This document shows positions 56,761 to 64,000 of a stretch of DNA of 64,000 nucleotides, piece after piece. Made by a program: the position numbers and the translations under genes. The notes beneath the pieces were generated by a model that was not told where the DNA came from, searched no databases, and saw nothing but the letters and a program-made list of their open reading frames with translations. Positions within the stretch are counted from its first letter, which is position 1. Each line of letters begins with the position of its first letter. Origin of the DNA: Octopus vulgaris. Taxonomy: Eukaryota. The stretch covers positions 6,758,001-6,822,000 of the forward strand of contig OX597833.1 in NCBI GenBank assembly GCA_951406725.2, given 5' to 3'.

Positions 56761-56931
56761 ATAACGAGGGGCCATCAACTTCCGGTCTAGTCACACGGTC
56801 CAAGAAATTGAGTTGGGATCGGTGTATTTCCAAAAGCCATGTGACCCGCGTTGACAAGTTGCAGCCCAGATTCCAGCGGTCATCTTGGACGTCCTACACC
56901 CACCCTTCCCCCCATCGGGTGCCTGTAACCG
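56761..56931 (+). CDS. Candidate 171-nt phase 1-1 exon (NEGPSTSGLVTRSKKLSW..PVT)
   Basis: Non-repetitive, GC-richer, open frame, ccag| and G|gtgagc boundaries; weak pyrimidine tract, no recognised domain. Confidence 0.2.
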
Positions 56932-57057
56932 GTGAGCTAAGTTTCTGTAACTGTGCGCTATATGGTGCCAAATCAAAAACTGTTTTAATAATGAATGCAA
57001 CCCTTACTAAGAGTGTTGAGCGCATCAATCTTTCACCTTGTTCACTGACTTGCGTGT

Positions 57058-57282
57058 GTGTTTCCTTCTCGAGCCATGCCAGGTTCATAAGGGCCGGTTT
57101 CCTGGTTTCCATATCATATAAATTCCCCACCTGAAGGGGACACCGGTCCGTCGCAGGATTATTCATGTTTGCCAGCTGAGTGGACTGGAGCAACGTGAAA
57201 TGAAGTGTCTTGATCAAGAACACAACGCATCGCCCGAACCAGGAATCGAAACCACAATCTTACGATCATGAGTCAAACACTC
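57058..57282 (-). mobile_element. SINE with family-B head and core and a third tail type; same tail alone at 27686-27752
   Basis: Tail gaaaccggcccttatga..tggctcgagaagg. Confidence 0.8.
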
Positions 57283-57284
57283 CC

Positions 57285-57697
57285 AGCAAAAATAACCGAT
57301 AGAATATGTCCCAGGCTTTAAAAAAAAGAAAGAAAAGAAATACCTATTTCTTTATTACCCACAATGGGCTAAACACAGAGGGAACAAACAAGGACAGACA
57401 TAGGTATTAAGTCGATTACATCGACTCCAGTGCGTAACTGGTATTTAATTTATCGACCCCGAAAGGATGAAAGGCAAAGTCGACCTAAGCGGAATTTTGA
57501 ACTCACAACGCAACGGCGGACGAAATACCTATTTCTTTATTACCCACAAGGGGCTAAACACAGAGGGGACAAACAAGGACAGACGTTTCTGCCAGTTCGC
57601 AGAAATACAGGGTATCGATTAATGCGACTAAGAGTCCTCAAGGTGGTGCTCCAGCATGGCCACAATCTAATGCCTGAAACAAGTAAGCGATAAAAGA
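57285..57697. mobile_element. Family-A 3' fragment interrupted by a family-C copy with 63-bp direct repeats
   Basis: Direct repeat at 57337-57399 and 57522-57584. Confidence 0.75.
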
Positions 57698-58052
57698 CTC
57701 TCACACGCGCTTACGCATGTATTTCATGCAATATGGCCGCTGTTTAATCCCTCCCACGCTTCCCATACATCATAACCGATATACCTTATCCCTCGCTACC
57801 ATTTTATTCCAATCTCGTTCAGTTTTAAGACCTTTTTTTCTTTTTGTTTTTTTTCGAATTTATTTGAATTTCTTTTATCAAATATGGCGGGAAATCTGTT
57901 TTACATTTTTTTAAAAATTTATTTGTTTGTTTGTCTACTAATCCCCATCCTCCTCCTCTCCCACCTCCGCCCCGCTCCTTCTCTTCTAACCAATGTAATC
58001 AACATCCGACTTCCAATCTCCCATTTACAGATGGTAACAAATGCCTTCACAG

Positions 58053-58085
<33 letters not shown>

Positions 58086-58089
58086 TCTC

Positions 58090-58134
<45 letters not shown>

Positions 58135-58296
58135 CTCTTTGCTGATTAGCACAAAAGCAAAATGTTTCTACACTCACGCCAAACCTAACGAGCGTGTGGG
58201 TGGAATGGTTTATGTGTGCGTGTTTTGCTGTGTATACGCACGTATGTTTATATACAACTATATATAATTGTACATACATATATACATACATAATTG

Positions 58297-58337
<41 letters not shown>

Positions 58338-58506
58338 CATATACATACACACACACAAGCGAGAATATATAAATACTCCCACGCATTTATACATGCACAA
58401 ATACACACACTCAAACATGCAAACACGTATATACATATGAATGGATGAGTAGACATGTAGCCACATGCATACGCATATTTATTATATATATACACTATAT
58501 ACATAC

Positions 58507-58549
<43 letters not shown>

Positions 58550-58555
58550 CATACA

Positions 58556-58632
<77 letters not shown>

Positions 58633-59316
58633 ATATGCATATATATATATATGTATACGTATCTCCAACGCACCCCCTCCCCACAAAGAAACAAGAGGAA
58701 CAACAGCAAACACGACATCAACATCAACAGAGAAGCAACGAACATCTGAGCGACCTTGTTTATATTACAAGTGTGAGTAAACACACTGACTGCCAGAGTT
58801 ATTTATCGCTGATAAACTGCACAACCGGATTAAATCAGAAACTATAAAGAAAATAAAAAAATATTAAATAAATAAATAAATTTACAAAATGGAAGAAAAT
58901 TTTCAACTTTTCTTTTATGCCTTTTAATATTTCCTCCGCTTTTTTTTCTTTTTTTTTCTTTTTTAATTTTTTTTTTTTTTTTTTGGTACTTCTATTATTC
59001 TTCTTTTGCGTTCTGGTCCTGATTGCTCTTATAATTATCGTCCACCATGCCCCGATCTGAACTTCGCTAAACTTCGTTGATTTTCCCTAAAATATTTACA
59101 GAATCATTACACGTGGTGTTTTATTTTATTTTATTTTATTAAATTAAAATAACATTTAAAATAAGAGAATTAAAAATACAAGAAAATCAAAATTCGAACA
59201 AAAATTTTCAAAAATAATTCGTGTATTGCCGTAGCTAAATTCGATCGTTTAACTTTTTAGTTTTCTTTCAATATTTTCTCGCTGATTATGTCACTAAATC
59301 GTTAGAGCATTGGGGT

Positions 59317-59690
59317 GGAGGCGCAATGGCCCAGTGGTTAGGGCAGCGGACTCGCGGTCGTAGGATTGCGGTTTCGATTCCCAGACCGGGCGTTGTGAGT
59401 GTTTATTGAGCGAAAACACCTAAAGCTCCACGAGGCTCCGGCAGGGACGGTGGTGATCCCTGCTGTACTCTTTCACCACAACTTTCTCTTACTTCCTGTT
59501 TCTGTTGTACCTGTATTTCAAAGGGTCGGCCTTGTCACTCTCTGTGTCACGCTGAATATCCTCGAGAACTACGTTAAGGGTTCACGTGTCTGTGGAGTGC
59601 TCAGCCACTTACACGTTAATTTCACGAGCAGGCTGTTCCGTTGATCGGATCAACCGGAACCCTCATCGTCGTAACCGACGGAGTGCTTCC
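59317..59690 (+). mobile_element. Full-length SINE family B (tRNA-Arg-like head) nested in a family-C SINE, 11-bp TSD
   Basis: A box tggcccagtgg, B box gtttcgattcc; agagcattggg at 59304-59314 and 59695-59705. Confidence 0.9.
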
Positions 59691-59947
59691 ATCCAGAGCA
59701 TTGGGAAAATGCGTTGTAATATTTATTCCAGCACTTTAGATTCAGTGTTCAAATCCCGCCGAGGATAACTGTGCTTTTCATCCTTTAAGGACCTATAAAA
59801 TAAAATAGCCCTAATTTAATAGGTTAGGCATATTCGGCATTGTTTTTCTCCTAAAATTCTTGCCGGTCTGGATGTATTCCACTGAATTTTAGGTAAATAA
59901 TCCTTCGAACAGACGGTCAGTTGCGACGCCTGCTGGGTTCGGCTACT

Positions 59948-59988
59948 CTATATTGATAGGGGACAAATACCCTGAAACTAGTCTGTAG
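59948..59988 (+). ncRNA. Degenerate type-I hammerhead with extendable helix I
   Basis: ctata TTGATA GGGG acaaata CCCT GAAA CTAG TC tgtag. Confidence 0.45.
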
Positions 59989-60388
59989 ATGCCAGACCAG
60001 CAAGGGGAAGCGGCTGACCTCCCCTGTTCGAAGTTTATAATGGACACAGGTTCGTGTGTCACATAGCTAGCTAGAGGCGATGGCCTCTTGGAGCTAATCA
60101 GCGGCAGCATTCGTCCTATTTTTCTGGGCTGCCATGTTAGCTTGGCGATAACTATTAATATTTATATTTTATATATATCTAATCAGAAAAGCATGCTTGA
60201 TCCCAAATAAAATTGCACTTCACATTTTAAGCTCCGATGAATCTATAGGATAAAGCACAAGCATTCAACTATGAGCGCATTGCATCTTGTGGTGGAAACA
60301 ACTGTAAGCTAACGAAGGACCTGACATAATTTCTTGCTCTCTTGGCATTTTTTACACACATGTGTATGTATGTATGTATGTATGTATG

Positions 60389-60419
<31 letters not shown>

Positions 60420-60631
60420 GTATGTATGTATGTATGTATGTATGTATGTATGTATGTATGAATGTATGTATGTATGTATGTATGTATGTATGTATTATGT
60501 ATGTATGTATGTATATATGTATGTATGTATATATGTATGTATGTATGTAGGTATGTATGTATGTATTTATGTATGTATGTATGTATGTATATATGTACGT
60601 ATGTATGTTTGTGGCTTTATGGATGGATAAA

Positions 60632-60666
<35 letters not shown>

Positions 60667-61261
60667 GTATGTATGTACGTATGTATGTATGTAGATTATG
60701 TATCTATACATATACATAATATACACACATGCATATAAATGTATATATACATAGATGTATGTGTGTATCCGCTCAAACTACACCTAAGAACACACACATA
60801 GAAACAACATACACATGCACACAAATGTATAAACTTGTATAGATAAAACACACACAAACACGCATTCACACACACATCCACACACATTCACTCACATAAA
60901 CACATACATTCACTTACACATTCACTCACACAAACACACAAGACGTCCCCTTCCTCTTTCTCTTATCTCTGTCACATGACGGAAGTGGAAGAGATAAGTT
61001 GCAGCTTTCTTCCTCTCGATTCATGTCAATGTCCAGCTTTCAACTTCGCTTTGTATAGAAGTATGCCTGACTCAGTATATACATACATACATATATACAC
61101 ACACGCACACGCAACAGTCACACACACATGCACACATGTATATGAATATGTGTGTGCACATATGCACATATATGTAGTAATATGTATGTGTGTATATATG
61201 TATATGCCTATATATAGAGATAGATACATAGATAGATTTTTATTACGTTTGTGTGTATACA

Positions 61262-61339
<78 letters not shown>

Positions 61340-62699
61340 TGTGTCTGTGTGTGTGTCTGTGTGTCTGTGTGATGTAAGCTAAAGGATGGTTTACTAAATA
61401 TCGTACACAGCAAATTCTTCGTTTTTCTGAAAAACTTCGAAATATCCTTTCAAGCGTAGCGATAATTTTTAGCGACAGCGATGGAGAAGGAGTAGATAAT
61501 TTCAGAAAACGAAGAATTATTTTCGTTAGTGAAACTATTGACAATCTTAGTTGTATCTTAGTCGCAGACAAGAAACAACTTTCTACATAGGTTTCACTCT
61601 GTTAGCCGTCATCAGTATTATATCATCGCTGTAACGTGGATTGTGTAGAAATTAAAATATTGCGCAGCCTAACTTTGTGGACTATGTTATAGTTTAATAC
61701 CATTACATGGATCTTAGTTGTCATTAACAGAGCTTACTTTAATATAAGCATCTGTGCCATGTCTCCAGTTTGAAAATAACTAATACGCTTCCACTTGATA
61801 GTCTCTGAGGCTCTAAAAATACAGTCTGAGGTGTCACCCTTTCTTCCCTAGATTAATCTGTTATAAAAATGAAATGTAGCCGTTGTCGTAACTTGGAGCC
61901 ATTGTGGTGCCCATAGCCTCACCGGTGGTTTCTTGATGGAACAGATTGGAGAAAGAGAAACAATACAAAGTAAAAGAAAAGTAGTGAGTGTAGATTCAGA
62001 TAAGGTGTAAAAGCTGAAGATAAATGTAAGGGTTAAGAGCTTGTTGTTGTCGCTGATTGTGGCAGTTCATCGCCGTTCTGACATCCAATAATGTAGAGAA
62101 GTTGAGAGGAACCCAGATTGTTCCATTCTTGACTTATCGCCATGTTTTACTTTTCTCTTTTGTTTCGGTTTGTCGTGTGGCTCATTATCTGGCTATTTAT
62201 CTGTCCGTTTGTTATTTGTCTGTCTGTTTGTTGGTCGTGTGGCTCATTATCTATTTGTCTGGCTGCCTGGTTGTCTGTCTGTCTGTCTGTCTGGCTGGTT
62301 ATCTCTCAGCCATTCTTGTCTCTCACCCTCCTCTGTGTCACATGGTTTACTTATCTTTTTCATCGAGGAAAGCGCGACGGAGAGTGAGGGGAAGGGGAGG
62401 AAAGGTATTGGAATGAGGTGAGGAACGGCGATAAGACAAGAGAAAAGCAGGAGGGGGTAGCAGTAACAGGAGAGTGGGAAATCGAGATAGAGAGGGGCGA
62501 GGGGGAGGAGAGATAAGTAAAGTTAGATAAAGAGGAAGATGAAAGGCAGATAAGAAAGAGAAAAGGCAAAAGGGAGAGTGAGGGGAGGCGACAGAATCCT
62601 TAAACCGGAAATTAATTTGCTAAAATTCAGATGAGATAAACAGAAAGAATTTGTGAGAGAACGTGTGTGTGTGTGGGTGGGTTGGTGGGTGTGAGGGGA

Positions 62700-63850
62700 T
62701 GGTGTTTGTGGTGTGGTTGTTATTAGCAATGGCGGTGGTTATAGAGCTTATGATGGTGGTTGTGGCAGTGGTTGTGGAGATGGTGATGGTGGTGGTGGTG
62801 GTGGTGGTGGTGGTGGTGGTGGTGGTGGTGGTGGTGGTGGTGGTGGTGGTGGTGGTGGTGGTGGTGGTGGTGGTGGTGATGGTGGTGGTGGTGGTGGTGG
62901 TGGTGGTGGTGGTGGTGGTGGTGGTGGTGGTGGTGGTTGTGGTGGTGGTGGTGGTGGTGGTGGTGGTGATGGTGGTGGTGGTGGTGGTGGTGGTGGTGAT
63001 GGTGGAGGTGGTGGTGGTAGTGGTGGTGGTTTGGTGGTGGTGATGGTGTTGTTGTTGTTGTTGTTGGTGGTGGTGGGCGTGGTGTTGGTGGTGGTGGTGG
63101 TGGTGGTGGTGGTGGCAGTGACGGTCGTCGTTGTGATAGTAACTGTGATGATGGTGGCGGTAGGAGGATTGTGGGTATAGTCAGGTGGTGGTATGGAGGC
63201 GGGGGGAAGACTGTCCCAGACAGTGTTGCAGTTATGGAGAAAGAATCGAATGAGAATAATAAAAGGAAGGAAGGAAGGAAGGAAAGAAGGAAGGAAGGAA
63301 GGAAGGAAGGAGGCAACAAGAGCAACAATAAAAGGAGCTAGAAGAAGAAGAAGAAGAAGAAGAAGAAGAAGAAGAAGAAGAACGAGAAGAAGAAGAAGAA
63401 GAAGAAGAAGAAGAAGAAGATGAAGAAGAAGAAGAACGAGAAGAAGAAGAAGAAGAAGAAGAAGAAGAACGAGAAGAAGAGAAGAAGAAGAAGAAGAAGA
63501 AGAAGAAGAAGAAGAACGAGAAGAAGAAGAAGAAGAAGAAGAAGAAGAAGAACGAGAAGAAGAAGAAGAAGAAGAACGAGAAGAAGAAGAAGAAGAAGAA
63601 GAAGAAGAAGAAGAAGAAGAAGAACGAGAAGAAGAACTAGAAGAAGAAGAAGAACAACAACAAGAAGAAGAACAACAACAACAATAACAGCAAAGAGGAG
63701 AAGGAGGAAGAAAAGAAGAAAAGCAAATTTGAGTTATTGTAATCATCATCATCACCATCATCATCATCAACATCATCGTCATCAACATCACCATCATCAT
63801 CATCACCATCATCGTTATCAACTTCATCATCGACATTGTCGTCGTCATCG
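62700..63850. repeat. (GGT)n, (GGAA)n, (AAG)n and (CAT)n blocks
   Basis: Direct inspection; explains the 405-aa and 201-aa low-complexity ORFs. Confidence 0.95.
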
Positions 63851-64000
63851 GGCCTACTATTGGAGACACTCTATATCTCACCATTCTGTCAGTCTGTCTG
63901 TCTGTTTGTCTGTTTTTAACTTTCTCCCTAACTACAACAGGTTCTACACTGAACATTAGCCGCATTTACCTCGTATCCATTATCCCTTGACTCCCACCCC

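Noticed and set aside
59317-59390. tRNA-Arg-like gene (also 43282-43354)
   Set aside because: The acceptor stem does not close and there is no T-run terminator; the sequence continues into a SINE body
61400-61570. piggyBac-like acidic N-terminus (IIFSDSDGEG..RKRRII)
   Set aside because: Too short, with no catalytic motifs, TTAA or TIRs seen

Overview
Eukaryotic, AT-rich, microsatellite-saturated DNA that is intronic or intergenic. By inference from the SINE families and repeat style it is very likely an Octopus (cephalopod) genome. No intact protein-coding gene can be supported, and nearly all ORFs in the track are translations of (TA)n, (CA)n, (TACA)n, (CAC)n, (ATT)n or (CTT)n. Recognisable content: many tRNA-derived SINEs of at least three modular families, decayed Tc1/mariner and DD37D transposase fragments, pogo/Tigger-type MITEs, Helentron-type non-autonomous elements, an RTE LINE 3' end and two Penelope (GIY-YIG) remnants. 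The strongest unexplained signal is about 15 minimal type-I hammerhead-ribozyme motifs. They lie in short (TA)n-anchored elements, in long fold-back palindromes and in one tRNA-headed SINE-like element. Several show family-consistent non-canonical catalytic cores (CUGUNGA, CCGANGA). All folds were done by eye and none has been tested for activity. A few isolated candidate exons and regulatory clusters are listed at low confidence.
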